A stretch of DNA of 61,731 bases, filler included, from Nemertoderma westbladi (GCA_032718475.1; 3 parts of 3 records of this genome joined end to end with filler, not necessarily neighbours in it); one strand, 5' to 3'; counted from the first letter of the whole stretch, positions 10,757 to 25,036 are shown. Translations and numbers: made by a program. The notes: generated by a model from the letters alone, not told the origin.

Positions 10757-13700
10757 TCAAGTACAACTAACAGCACTGCGACAAGTAGAACTAACAACAC
10801 TGCGGCATGTGTGAATAACAGCACTACGGCATGTAGAACTAACAACACTGCAGCATGTGTGAATAACAGCAGTACGGCATGTAGAACTAACAACACTGCA
10901 GCATGTGTGAATAACAGCACTACGGCATGTAGAACTAACAACATTGCAGCATGTGTGAATAACAGCACTACGGCATGTAGAACTAACAACACTGCAGCAT
11001 GTGTGAATAACAGCACTACGGCATGTAGAACAAACAACACTGCAGCATGTGTGAATAACAGCACTACGGCATGTAGAACTAACAACACCTCAGTATGTGT
11101 GAATAACAGCACTACAGCATGTAGAACTAACAACACTGCAGCATGTGTGAATAACAGCACTACGGCATGTAGAACTAACAACAATGCAGCATGTGTGAAT
11201 AACAGCACTACGGCATGTAGAACTAACAACAATGCAGCATGTGTGAATAACAGCACTACGGCATGTAGAACTAACAACACTGCAGCATGTTTGAATAACA
11301 GCACTACGGCATGTAGAACTAACAACACTGCAGCATGTGTGAATAACAGCACTACGGCATGTAGAACTAACAACAATGCAGCATGTGTGAATAACAGCAC
11401 TACGGCATGTAGAACTAACAACAATGCAGCATGTATGAATAACAGCACTACGGCATGTAGAACTAACAACACTGCAGCATGTGTGAATAACAGCACTACG
11501 GCATGTAGAACTAAAAACACTGCAGCATGTGTGAATAACAGCACTACGGCATGTAGAACTAACAACAATGCAGCATGTGTGAATAACAGCACTACGGCAT
11601 GTAGAACTAACAACAATGCAGCATGTGTGAATAACAGCACTATGGCATGTAGAACTAACAACACTGCAGCATGTGTAAATAACAGCACTACGGCATGTAG
11701 AACTAACAACACTGCAGCATGTGTGAATAACAGCACTAAGGCATGTAGAACTAACATCACTGCAGTATGTGTGAATAACAACACTACGGCATGTAGAACT
11801 AACAACACTGCAGTATGTGTGAATAACAGCACTACGGCATGTAGAACTAACAACACTGCAGCATGTGTGAATAACAGCACTACGGCATGTAGAACTAACA
11901 ACACTGCAGCATGTGTGAATAACATCACTACGGCATGTAGAACTAACAACACTGCAGCATGTGTGAATAACAGCACTACGGCATGTAGAACTAACAACAC
12001 CTCAGTATGTGTGAATAACAGCACTACGGCATGTAGAACTAACAACACTGCAGCATGTGTGTAACAGAACAGCACTACAGCATGTAGAACTAACAACACT
12101 GCAGCATGTATGAATAACAGCACTACAGCATGTCGAACTAACAACACTGTAGCATGTGTGAATAACAGCACTACGGCATGTAGAACTAACAACACTGCAG
12201 CATGTGTGAATAACAGCACTACGGCATGTAGAACTAACAACACTGCAGCATGTGTGAATAACAGCACTACGGCATGTAGAACTAACAACACATCAGTATG
12301 TGTGAATAACAGCATTACGGCATGTAGAACTAACAACACTGCAGTATGTGTGAATAACAGCACTACGGCATGTAGAACTAACAACACTGCAGCATGTGTG
12401 AATAACAGCACTACGGCATGTAGAACTAACAACACTGCAGCATGTGTGAATAACAGCACTACGGCATGTAGAACTAACAACACCTCAGTATGTGTGAATA
12501 ACAGCACTACGGCATGTAGAACTAACAACACTGCAGCATGTGTGTAACAGAACAGCACTACAGCATGTAGAACTAACAACACTGCAGCATGTATGAATAA
12601 CAGCACTACGGCATGTCGAACTAACAACACTGCAGCATGTGTGAATAACAGCACTACGGCATGTAGAACTAACAACACTGCAGCATGTGTGAATAACAGC
12701 ACTACGGCATGTAGAACTAACAACACTGCAGCATGTGTGAATAACAGCATTACGGCATGTAGAACTAACAACACTGCAGCATGTGTGAATAACAGCACTA
12801 CGGCATGTAGAACTAACAACACTGCAGTATGTGTGAATAACAGTACTACGGCATGTAGAACTAACAACACTGCAGCATGTGTGAATAACAGCACTACGGC
12901 ATGTAGAACTAACAACACTGCAGTATGTGTGAATAACAGCACTACGGCATGTAGAACTAACAACACTGCAGCATGTGTGAATAACAGCACTGCCGCATGT
13001 AGAACTAACAACACTGCAGCATGTGTGAATAACAGAACTGCGGCAAGTAGAACTAACAACACTGCAGCATGTGTGAATAACAGCACTACGGCATGTAGAA
13101 CTAACAACACTGCAGCATGTGTGAATAACAGCACTACGGCATATAGAACTAACAACACTGCAGCATGTGTGAATAACAGCACTACGGCATGTAGAACTAA
13201 CAACACTGCAGCATGTGTGAATAACAGCACTACGGCATGTAGAACTAACAACACTGCAGCATGTGTGAATAACGGACTACGGCATGTAGAACTAACAACA
13301 CTGCAGCATGTGTGAATAACAGCACTACGCATGTAGAACTAACAACCCTGCAGCATGTGTGAATAACAGCACTACGGCATGCTGAACTAACAACCCTGCA
13401 GCATGTGTGAATAACAGCACTGGGGCATGTAGAACTAACAACACTGCAGCATGTGTGAATAACGGACTACGGCATGTAGAACTAACAACACTGCAGCATG
13501 TGTGAATAACAGCACTACGGCATGTAGAACTAACAACACTGCAGCATGTGTGAATAACAGCACTGGGGCATGTAGAACTAACAACACTGCAGCATGTGTG
13601 AATAACAGCACTACGGCATGTAGAACAAACAACACTGCAGCATGTGTGAATAACGGACTACGGCATGTAGAACTAACAACACTGCAGTATGTGTGAATAA

Positions 13701-14405
13701 CACCACTACGGCATGTAGAACTAACAACACTGCAGCACGTGTGAATAACAGCACTACGGCATGTAGAACTAACAACACTGCAGCATGTGTGAATAACGGA
13801 CTACGGCATGTAGAACAAACAACACTGCAGCATGTGTGAATAACAGCACTAAGGCATGTAGAACTAACAACACTGCAGCATGTGTGAATAACAGCACTAC
13901 GGCATGTAGAACTAACAACACTGCAGCATGTGTGAATAACAGCACTACGGCATGTAGAACTAACAACACTGCAGCATGTGTGAATAACGGACTACGGCAT
14001 GTAGAACAAACAACACTGCAGCATGTGTGAATAACAGCACTAAGGCATGTAGAACTAACAACACTGCAGCATGTGTGAATAACAGCACTACGGCATGTAG
14101 AACTAACAACACTGCAGCATGTGTGAATAACAGCACTACGGCATGTAGAACTAACAACACTGCAGCATGTGTGAATAACGGACTACGGCATGTAGAACAA
14201 ACAACACTGCAGCATGTGTGAATAACAGCACTAAGGCATGTAGAACTAACAACACTGCAGCATGTGTGAATAACAGCACTACGGCATGTAGAACTAACAA
14301 CACTGCAGCATGTGTGAATAACAGCACTACGGCATGTAGAACTAACAACACTGCAGCATGTGTGAATAACGGACTACGGCATGTAGAACTAACAGCCCTA
14401 CGGCA
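10757..14405. repeat. 48-bp tandem repeat (23+25-bp dimer), ~75 copies, with higher-order periods
   Basis: Unit GAATAACAGCACTACGGCATGTAGAACTAACAACACTGCAGCATGTGT. A 191-bp period is visible at ~13770-14390, and a shared variant recurs 483 bp apart (12061/12544). Confidence 0.95.
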
Positions 14406-14743
14406 TTTTCTATTATCAGATAGTCAGGGAACTTTCGACGCAAGAAAAATTTTATCCTCTCCAGGGGAAAATCGACGCAATAATGGTCCGCTATATGAAT
14501 CCAATAACAATGCGTCTACCCTAATTACTGTCCCTCATTATCATGTACAGCATTTCATTGGTTAATTGGTATAACTACGTACTATATAGTTGGCCAGTTA
14601 TTACTATTTACTATTAATTATATATTTAATGTCTATTTAAATTATTTTGAATCTGTTAACTAGTATATATGAATAATAAAGTGGGAACAAATATTATTAT
14701 GACTATTACTCCGTTGGCAAAGACATACCAGTTCATTTCATTT

Positions 14744-14894
14744 TATATGAAAGCCGACCAGCCGACCACTGGTGACTTATGGAGGATCGCTAGAAGTCGG
14801 CTAGTTTACACATAAGGTATTTAGGTTAGGCCAAGTTCCAACCACTCTTGGTTCATGTATAAAGAGTAAGTCGCAAGTGGTCGGCTTACATATA
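14744..14894. mobile_element. ~150-bp MITE
   Basis: Terminal inverted repeat TATATGAAAGCCGACCA ... TGGTCGGCTTACATATA. Confidence 0.6.
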
Positions 14895-16467
14895 TCATCA
14901 TAGACTACATAGAGTTTTGGTCTAACATTTACACTCATTTTTAACGGAATAATTTGTTTGCGGTAAAGGTAAATGATACGTACCGCCGTTTCTATTGGTT
15001 TGGTTACTTCCGAAACAGATCATTACAGAAATGGATTAGAAAAATAGGTTTATCTTACCAAATTCAATGAAATTTCTTCATTCCATGCTGACTCCTATTC
15101 GCCGATATTAAATAAATAAAATAATTCTCGTACATATATTAAAAAAAATATGTTAAAAATGTAAAACAATTCATTACAAACTAACTGCCTCCACTCTGCG
15201 TACAAACCCACCAGAAGGATAATGTTTACTATCGAAATATCTATGAATATCTCGTGAACATAAATATCACAAAAACTAAAATACGGCTCACATTATAATA
15301 TATAACAAAAGTATAACTTACAATGGGTTGATTTACAATTATTAAGTTCTGGAACTGAAGGTTATTGGATGGAACGAGAAGGAACGTTGGTAACTGGTGA
15401 GGTTCGTCTATATTCACTTAGAATTTGATCTTCTGTATCGTTGATCAACCTAAAATAATAATATTACAAGCCGATAGTAATTATGGTTTAGTAATAATGA
15501 CAGTAGGTATCTATGTATGTAAAGATTGATGTTCTGTGTTGGTATCTACGTACATACTGATGGTAAATCTCCGTATGTACTTTATGTACATAGAGACAGC
15601 TGGTAGGTCTAAATATGTACGAACAGACAGATAATAGGTCTAGTTATTTATACTGTATAACCTGATTAAGTGTACATACAGTCACACTGTGACTGGAATG
15701 TTGTTGTATGTTTATGAAGCAACATTAATAATGTTGGTGAAAGATTTAATATAAGATGTTCAGGAGAAAATATATTACTAAAAATGTATCTATTTCTACA
15801 AAAATATTTCTGCACCTTTGCTACTTTATATGTATAACATAAGGCAACGCAATTAGATTACAAACTTACATTTATTTGTAGATAAATTTTGTCTTTCGTC
15901 AGGATATTTGGAGCTGAATAAATTGTAACGATTCTGCGACACTGTGATTAAGTACTCGTAAGGTATACTGACTGACACACAGCCGTTTCACAGCCTTTTT
16001 ATGGTTTGGTAACAACTGAACTTTACTTCTACAAATATGGGTGTTACCATTTAGTTCACTAATTAATGGGCTGTGTGTTCCAAGGGAGATATTATCTATC
16101 GCAAATATCTCTGTAATGTAATGTTTGTCATCTTTATACAAGAAGGGGGTGTGTGTACGTAGAAATCGATTATAATTCATTAAAATCCGGTGAAATCCGT
16201 GACTATGTTCCACGAATATGACTCAGGTCATGGGAACCAATAATCTTAACGGAAGTTTCCCATACTGTAAGATAACCCAGGATATAACACCCAGGATATA
16301 TATTCATCACCTGTCACCAACATTCATGGTATTTTACAATAAATCTCAGCATAAGTCATGTGATGATGTTTAGAGCTGTTCTTAATAGTCTTTTATGTGG
16401 ATTTCAATTTGATAGAGAATCAATGGGTGTGGTGAGTTACTCTAACCTTGGCGCTCGTCTAGGAAAT

Positions 16468-16900
16468 ACTACTACTGCTATCGGAGTGCTGCATTGCAGC
16501 TGCATATATATTACATATATATTACATATATATTAAGTATAATACTACTTTGATCACCTGACAAAGATCGCAACCCCCCCCCCCCCCCCCCCCCCCCTAA
16601 CTTAATGTGTTTCCGAGTGATTCTGACAGTACAGTCATCAGCAAATTCTAGATCAGTAAGGTAATTTAATGGATTTATTTATTTGTGGCAGTACAGTAGG
16701 TGGAGTTATCATCACCCATAATCATTATAATGATTTAAGGACATGCGTATAACATAGTCAGTCAATCACAATTACGAATAAAAAGAGTGCAAGTGTGTCA
16801 CCGTGAAGGACTCCAATGCCTAATAAGACTTCGAATGGATCTGTGTCGCCACCATCAGCAGGAGACACTAATGTGGTGGAACCATCGTACAGTGATCAGA
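16468..16900 (-). mobile_element. Degenerate RTE-like LINE fragment (RT core plus tail)
   Basis: Minus strand reads GVLHGDTLALFLFVIVID and LTDLEFADD. Tail TGCAGCTGCAATGCAGCA..(TAG)n is shared with the copies ending at 34164 and 40655. Confidence 0.75.
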
Positions 16901-16949
16901 GAACTGTAATAATTTCTTCTGGCGTCCAGAGAACCAAAACCTCTAGCTG

Positions 16950-17200
16950 TAGATAAACTACACAAACAAATAATAGAACAGCTATTCAAATCAATAACAC
17001 AGACTAAAACAGTACTGTTACTACGAAGCCCAAAACCACGAACACCTGAGATAAATAGCCTAAATTTAATCTTAAACAATAAAATAATTGACCAATCAAC
17101 AGAAATTAAATATCTGGGGGTTATTATAGATAATAAAAATCGATACAGTTTGGGGTAGAGCGGGTTGACCACAGATGACTAATGAAATGAATAACAACAG
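16950..17200 (+). mobile_element. Degenerate CR1/L2-type LINE ORF2 fragment
   Basis: Reads LNLILNNKIIDQSTEIKYLGVIIDNK (KYLGV.ID motif). Confidence 0.6.
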
Positions 17201-18277
17201 TTATTACAAGAGAGACCCAGACTAACATCAAACAAAAGTTGCTACAATTGTATGTTGTATCAAGAAAATGATTACCACGCCGGTGACGAGAGCGCGAGAA
17301 TTCCTCCATAATAAAATATCATGAAAGGAACAGATACATACAACCCAGCAATAAATGTTTATGACAATATCATTACTAAGACAGATAAAAGGACACGTTG
17401 TGGGGTCTTCGAGCAGCACGTGTTCAAATGTTCAATGACTGAACAGCGACTAATTAACAAATTTATGAGAGATTCATTGGCCAGCTACAGACAGACCAAT
17501 ATTGTGACATATATTTTAGTTTAATGTTTGATTCAATTAGAGGCACAAATTAAAAAGGCTACAAATATATAGGGGTGAATAATTAAATTAGTCACCCATT
17601 AGGCCTAAAAGGTAGCCAAATATAAGTTGCAATCTATATAAATTTTTAAATTCAGTAGTGTGCGTGTGTTGTGTATTGATCCCGTATATTTCATGTTGTA
17701 ATAGCGTTCATTAATTTAATTTCTATTTAATTATTCAGGCATGCTAATACCCACATTAAATTAGTTCGTGTGTGTTAAGTGTGTAAGATTTGATTGTTTC
17801 GTCACGAAACCATTAGGGCACAGAAACTGACGAATTCTTCGCGAATTTCGCAAACGTCGCAAACTTCGGGAATTTGTTCTACAATTTTGACTCCTTAAAC
17901 AATAGGGTCCCGAATGAGTTTTTTAACCTTTATTTTTTTGTGATTTTGAGTGCTTTTTTATATTAGTGAATGTTCTAGAACCTTAGTAGATTTTTTATGG
18001 TAGCTAGTATTTTTTACTACTGTAGCTAGTAATTTTTGGAAATTATTTTGGTCATTAATATATTCTTCAACAGTTTAACCTGAAATATCATGGACTTTCA
18101 CATTTTTTATGTTTCAAAAAAAACTAGCTAGCAAAAAAACACTAGCTACCATAAAAAACATATCTACTAATGTTGTAGAACTTTCACCAATACCAAAAAA
18201 ATTAAAAAACTCTAAAAAAGGATTGGTGAAAAATGGCTGGTGTGTCGACAGAGCGAAGTAGGGACCGTGTTGCTTAA

Positions 18278-19444
18278 CCCCTTAGAGCCTATGACGTCCA
18301 GTGCACGTCACCATGGACAGCACGAAGACGTGCAGTGGACGTCATGCTGGAATATATGTTTTATTGGAAGGCTCTTGGAGTAGGTATACTGGTGGATAGT
18401 ATTAATGACATTTATTGCTCTTCATGGCAAAAAATCCATTCTGTACTGTAGATAGGCTGTATTGTAGACTGCATTATTAGTGTTAGGTATATGGCGTAAT
18501 GCCAACCACAGTACAGCAGTTCAGACTGACAGAGAGACCGACAGACAGACAGACTAGATTTATGTAAACGTGTAAACTGACATCAGAAATGAAATCAGCA
18601 ACCCTTAAAACCCCCATAGCGAGAATGTTGGTTAGTTAGTATAGTTTCTTAAGTTTTCACAGACTGACTGACAGAAAGACCGACAGCCAGACAGACTAGA
18701 TTTTTTTAAACGTGAAAACTGACATCTAAAATAAAATCAGCACCCATTAAAACCCCCATAACGAGAATGTTAGTTAGTTTGTATTCTTTTTTAAGTTTTG
18801 ACAGACTGACTGACTGACAGAAAGACCGACAAACAGACAGACTAGATTTTTTTAAACGTGAAAACTGACATCTAAAATAAAATCAGCACCCATTAAAACC
18901 CCCATAACGAGAATGTTAGTTAGTTTGTATTCTTTTTTAAGTTTTGACAGACTGACTGACTGACAGAAAGACCGACAAACAGACAGACTAGATTTATGTA
19001 AACCTGAAAACTGACATCAGAAATGAAATCAGCACCCCTTAAAACACCCATAGCGAGAATGTTAGCGACAAGTTTAAATTATTAACCATATTTCGTAAGA
19101 TATATATTAAAACATTTATTTATTAATAATGCAATAACTGAATAACCAGATAACGGAAAGACAAATCGAATTGAAACTTTTAATTACTAATAATAATTGT
19201 GGTGAGAGGTGATTGGAAATCAAGCATATATGTTATGTTATGGTAGGCACAGGCACAGGCAAATTAATTGATGTCTGTTGAAATGTATTGAAGGAGCACT
19301 ATTCCTTCTACTGGACTACTATGTCCTTGTGTACTAGCCTAGGCACTGCCTTGGTCAAAGACTTTAGCTTGCAGTAATGTAAAACTTCAAGAAATATTAT
19401 TGGGCACGGCTGGCTGCCCTTGCCATGCCTTAGGCTCTATGGGG
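18278..19444. mobile_element. piggyBac-type non-autonomous element with internal ~125-bp tandem units
   Basis: TTAA|CCCCTTAGAGCCTA at 18274 and TAGGCTCTATGGGG at 19431-19444 (right TTAA absent). About 4 internal repeats containing AAATCAGCACCC at ~18520-19065. Confidence 0.6.
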
Positions 19445-20958
19445 GAGAATGGAATCAGCGTATGAATTTACAATGTTAATTATGTTTAAATCAATTAAAA
19501 ATACATTTATTAACGCAAATCACTTGAAAAATAAAAAACTATAATGGGATGGGGTACATGGATTCCAGATATCTAATTTCTGTGCAAAATAACTTTAATC
19601 GTATGGTGCTAAACAATTAATTTCCATGGAGAGACCGTTCAAAATGACTCAACCATACAATTTAGCAGATAGCTGAAGATATTAACTTCGATTATGGCTT
19701 CCGACATTTATGGCTACCGACACACACACACACACACACACATACACAGACTTTTGAAAAACGGCCATAGTATAATTATATCAGTTCGCTGATGGCTCGC
19801 CATACGTGTCTCGCCCCACACCCCCAGTCGGGGTAAATATAAAATTATAATATTGATAATAGGTAATGTACATTGTACGCGCACAGTAAATCATAATTAG
19901 ACTAATAGTTTAAGGTCAAATATTATATGAAAATTATTATAATTAAGGTAGTAAATGCACACAGTTATTAATTATGGTAATAAATAAGGCAATGCTATTA
20001 GATAATTACTAAGGATGGTAGAATTTAATTGCATAGCAGGATATAATAAGTGGCGCCTCAAATTAGAGATAAATAGATTTAATTTAGGAGATTAAATAGG
20101 CCTAGCTATGAAAGATATATACTGTAGTTCACATCCTAAGAAAATTATAATTAACTGGGTATTATATTGTAAGTAGTAAAGTAGAGCTTTGGGTAGTTCT
20201 AATAAGGAGGGAGGGGGGGGGGGGGGGGGGGTGGACTGCTACTGCATTGGAGTTTCATTCTCATCATCAGACAGTCGGATTCCTAGAAAACACGCCACGG
20301 CGCAACAGCTCTATAACAACACAACACCCCTCTGGTTTTAAACAGTTTTGGTATCATAAAAAATACCGTTAAATCTGTGACTGCCAGCTCTTATATAATG
20401 GTCTGAATAGCAAAATAAATAATTTTTTGAAATATTTTATCGAGCTCCTTTTTTTTACACCAAAAATTTTGTTCTAGGAAATTTTTTTGGGGGGTGTCTG
20501 ATTTGTCGAATTTGGGTATAATCGTTACGGATTCGTTATATTAGCCATATGCGAATTTCGCTGAGGATTTCAAATCTGCAAACAGTTTCATCATACCTAG
20601 TTTAGTTTTCGAGATATCGTGAAAAATGTGAAATGCACCCAAAAAGTGCGTGCGGCGCCAAATTTTCAATTTTCAGTAAATTGAAATATTCACTAAAAAA
20701 TTAAAATTATCGATTTCTATAGGTTTTCTGCGATGCTGAATACGATGGTAATATTTTCAAGAAGGCTGGGTAAATCCCTGTTGAAAATTCATAGTACATT
20801 TCCTAAGTTTTGCAAGTTCCTTGCTATCAGTTTATTACAATTATTAAAATAAGTTTAGTAACAAAAATTTGGAAAACTTGATAGAGCATCTAAGTTATTT
20901 CTTTAGCTTTAATAAATATTGCAAGTGTTACTTTTTGCCCTCTTATGTTTTGCAGGTA

Positions 20959-21248
20959 AAGTAAAAGTAAAGTAAATTTTCTTCGGCCACTAGGCCAGGG
21001 ATTACGCACAAAGTCTGACGACTTATTTCCAGTGCGGTCCCCCCAGAACTTTACTCCCCAGAGGAAACTCTAGTACTCATTTAGCTACCACTTAAGGATG
21101 CAAAGCAGAGATGCGCCCTGGCTGGTCCCTTTAAAGCATTCGTGCCGAAACGAAAACTGCCCTGGTCCATGTGAGGATCGAACCCACGACCTACAAGAGA
21201 TGTGAATTCAATGCAACCACTACACCAAGGTGGAACCTGGAACCAAGG
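20959..21248 (-). mobile_element. tRNA-derived SINE (copy 1)
   Basis: A box TGGTGTAGTGG, B box GGTTCGATCC, (TTTAC)n tail, AGGTA duplication; absent from the opposite foldback arm. Confidence 0.85.
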
Positions 21249-23264
21249 AGGTACTTGCCATGTTCCTGCAAAGTATTGCATATGTGCAGATGTAGGCTTA
21301 CTGCAGTACTTTTAGTTATTGGGCGAGCTTATACCTGCCTGAGGCTAGGCATAACCAATAAACCATGTCACTATACTCTCACTGTACCGTATTACTTACA
21401 TAGTTAAGCTTCAGCAGTTTCAGTTGAGACTGCCAGTTGACAGGTCAGAATGCAGCTATCCCAGGTAGATATAACGTCCTACTGTAGAAAGAAATTGAAC
21501 GTTCATATTTGATACTTTTTTCCTGCGAATCTGAACATCTATGAAATATCGTTTAATCCAGATAGGGTGGGGGGGGGGGGGGGGGGGGGGGGAATGGACG
21601 CAATAAAAATTCATCCCTCTCCAGGGGAAATTCGACGCAAATAACAGCTGATTATTCTCAAAAATAAAACTGTAACCTGTTCTATTGCGTTTAGTGTTAT
21701 CTATCTTGCAACATATCCAGAATCCTTAGCTGTGAAACCTAGCAGCTAACTAACGTTCTAGTTCCAGGGTCGCTACAAGATAAAGCAGATATATGGGCGT
21801 CGGAATGTTCAAGCTTTTAATATCGCAAGATAATTTTTTTTTAATCGCAAAACATTACTTTTTAATTGTACAGTTTTCTTATGCTTCAATTGCTTTTTGT
21901 GTATTATTTACATTTTTGAATAGATATAAAATGTCATATGACCTATTATAAGGTCTTAAAAATCCAGTAAGTGCCAATTGTGACCTTAATCTGCAATAGG
22001 CTCGGTTCAAACTCACTGAGTGTATAGCCGTGTGTGTTATCTTCTGACTCCATAGTGATATGAGAGTATCCTTGATATCTATTGGTGATGACCCACATAT
22101 TCCTATTCGATTAGTTAGATTAATATAATTTATCTTATTTTCAGCCAAAATAGAATATTCATATTGATAAATCAACGAAAATTGATTAATTTTAAGACCT
22201 TATAATAGATCATATGACATTTTATATCTATACATTTTACATCTATACAAAACACAATTTTTCGGTTTTATTTCTTCATTACTTTCTTTTCTACATTTTT
22301 CAACTTTGGTAATCAGAAGAATCACTAGTCCAAAAATGAACGCAAAACTGAATGTAATACGAACGTTAAATACTCGTTGGTTTTGGTTCTTATTCAATTT
22401 CGTTCAGTCAGCATTTTTCTACCTATATTAAACGATATTTCATAGATGTTCAGATTCGCAGGATAAAAGTATCAAATATGAACGTTCAATTTCTTTCTAC
22501 AGTAGGACGTCATATCTACCTGGGATAGTTGCATTCTGACCTGTCAACTGGAAGGCTCAACTGAAACTGCTGATGCTTAACTTATGTAATACGGTACAGT
22601 GACATGGTTTATTGGTTATGCCTAGCCTCAGGCAGGTCCAAGCTCGCCCAATAACTAACAGTACTGCAGTAAGCCTAAATCTGCACATATGCAATACTTT
22701 GCAGGAACATGGCAAGTACGTACCTGCAAAACATAAGAGAGCAAAGTAACACTTGCAATATTTATTAAAGCTAAAGAAATAACTTACATGCTCTATCAAG
22801 TTTTCCAAATTTTTGTTACTATACTTATTTTAATAATTGTAATAAACTGATAGCAAGGAACTTGCAAAACTTATAGGAAATGTACAGTACTATGAATTTA
22901 AACATGGAATTCACCCAGCCTTCTGGAAAATATTACCATCGTATTCAGCATCGCAGAAAACCTATAGAAATCAATAATTTTCATTTTTTAGTGAATATTT
23001 CAATTTACTGAAAATGGAACATTTGGCACCGCACCCACTTTTTGGGTGCATTTCATATTTTTCACAATATCTCAAAAACTAAACAAGATATGATGAAACT
23101 ATTTCTAGATTTGAAATCCTCAGCGTATTTCGCATATAATGGCTAATATAACGATACCGTATCGATTATACCCAAATTCGACAACTACGCCACCCCAAAA
23201 AAATGTTCTAGAACACAATTTTTGGTGTAAAAAAAAGGAGCTCGATAAAATATTTCAAAAAATT

Positions 23265-23912
23265 ATTTTTATTCTTAAATTGTCACTTTTTCGCTCGAAT
23301 ATACCCCAAAATCGTGAGAAAAGGTTTCACTTTTTTTCCCTAGGGAAAAAAGTAAAGTATAGAAATACATTGATTTTACTTTTTTTCCCGGCGAAAAAAG
23401 TAAAGTAAAATATTTTTGGTGGAATTTTTTAAAGCAAAATCCCTTCACACACTCAAAAGTAATTGCAACTTTAGTGTCTGCAAGGCGTACTCCAAAACGG
23501 AACTCAATATCCAATATTGGTTTATGTAGTTAAGTGGATCTCTAGTTACGTAATAAATATTCGAGAACACTAATTTATTTTAACATTGAGAAAGGCAACA
23601 TCGAGTGTTGAAGAGTACAATAATTTGAATCGCAGTAACTATATGGAAGCAATGTAGTAAAATACTGCAGTTCAATTTATTTTGTAACGCAACTGTACTG
23701 TAGTATATTGCAATGTTTTATTAAAGAATTAAGCAACAAAAAAGTACCAATTTAAGAATAAAATTACGTATTACATGGGGGAAAAAATTCAGAACATTTT
23801 TTTTTCAATATTCTCTCGACCCTTTATTAACCTCGCTTACGCTCGGTAAATAAAATGCCTCGAGAATAATGAAAAAAGTTCTACTTTTTTCCAATGTAAT
23901 AAATAATTATTT
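23265..23912 (+). mobile_element. Non-autonomous element with terminal hairpin (copy 2)
   Basis: Present in the right foldback arm only; homologous to 6259-6722. Confidence 0.7.
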
Positions 23913-24594
23913 TTTGCTATTCAGACCATTATATAAGAGCTGGCAGTCACAGATTTAACGGTATTTTTTATGACACCAAAACTTTTTAAAACCAGGGGTG
24001 AACAAATCGTCAGCATTGTATTGGCGCAACAACCTAGGATTGGTTTATTCATTCTTATCTGCCTATCTAATTCCATTGGCTTGTACATTCTGTCGCGTTC
24101 TTTCACTCTCACAAACATTACAGTACACAATAACTACTAGCAACTACGAGCCAACTAACAATAGGATAATATTATGTTCACAGTCAGTGAATTATAAAAA
24201 AGACCATTTTCAAGCGCTCAACTGCACATGTACACTACTGTGTAACTAAAAAGTCATTCAGGAGGCCAGATTTCCCAGGAACCAACTGTAATAGACATTT
24301 TCACTTTCATTTCATTGAATCCAGGGCAAGAGTTTGTTTTGTATTCTGAGGGAAGGAGCTATCAGCTGGGTAAAATGTTATTTGTCTATGGTCATAGAGA
24401 GATCCCACTCTGTAACTTTGACAATTGTCAGCTGAATGGCACAGCAGAGCATTGATTCTGGGTTACAACTAATAAGCCATCAATGACAAATTCTTGTTGA
24501 TTTTATTGATAACTAGCAGGCAATACCCGAGTCATGTTACCCGGTATTTCCCGCTACCGGCATATGCCTACTGGCGTACTGGTACCGGTATAGG

Positions 24595-24935
24595 CCTACT
24601 ACTACTAGGATTGGCATGCTGCATTGCAGCTGCATCTTTAAGAATGCTGTGCCGGCTTGTCAACAAAATTGCACCGCCACAACTCCCTATCACCCATGAC
24701 ATTTGCTAGATCATCCGTATCGTGAAGGCCAGTGTCCTTTAAGATGCGTCTCAAGAAAGTCATGGGCTGTCCATCATGCTTATTCACTCCATGAGGCTGC
24801 CAAAGTACAAGATTATGCACTGGCTGGTCCTCACGGCAAAAGCAATGTCCTGCAAAGCGGAGGCGATTTTGTTCTAGTGTCAAGCTTGGGGGAACCAATG
24901 AGACACCTCCAATGTTATATAGTGTCTGGTTGGAG
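24595..24935 (-). mobile_element. RTE-like LINE 3' end, running into the gap
   Basis: RLRFAGHCFCREDQPVHNLVLWQPHG...LKDTGL..., followed by a (TAG)n tail. Confidence 0.85.
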
Positions 24936-25036
24936 ANNNNNNNNNNNNNNNNNNNNNNNNNNNNNNNNNNNNNNNNNNNNTTAATTAATTAANNNNNNNN
25001 NNNNNNNNNNNNNNNNNNNNNNNNNNNNNNNNNNNN
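24936..25036. other. Assembly gap with a TTAATTAATTAA spacer
   Basis: N-run with a central 12-mer; same layout at 45286-45385. Confidence 0.95.

Larger units (their letters stand above)
20325..24000. mobile_element. 3.7-kb foldback element with ~0.9-kb inverted arms and CAC..GTG termini (CMC/EnSpm- or Transib-type, non-autonomous)
   Basis: Arms 20325-21557 and 22427-24000 are reverse complements once the insertions are removed. Flanks are CACAA / AACAA (2-bp AA duplication, or 5-bp with one mismatch). Confidence 0.8.

Noticed and set aside
10705-13332. 875-aa hydrophobic ORF and the antisense Asn/Thr/Cys ORFs
   Set aside because: Translation of a 48-bp satellite whose unit is a multiple of 3; frameshifting variants are tolerated in the array.
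24981-24992. TTAATTAATTAA inside N-runs (also ~45330)
   Set aside because: Artificial scaffold spacer with stops in all frames; not biological.
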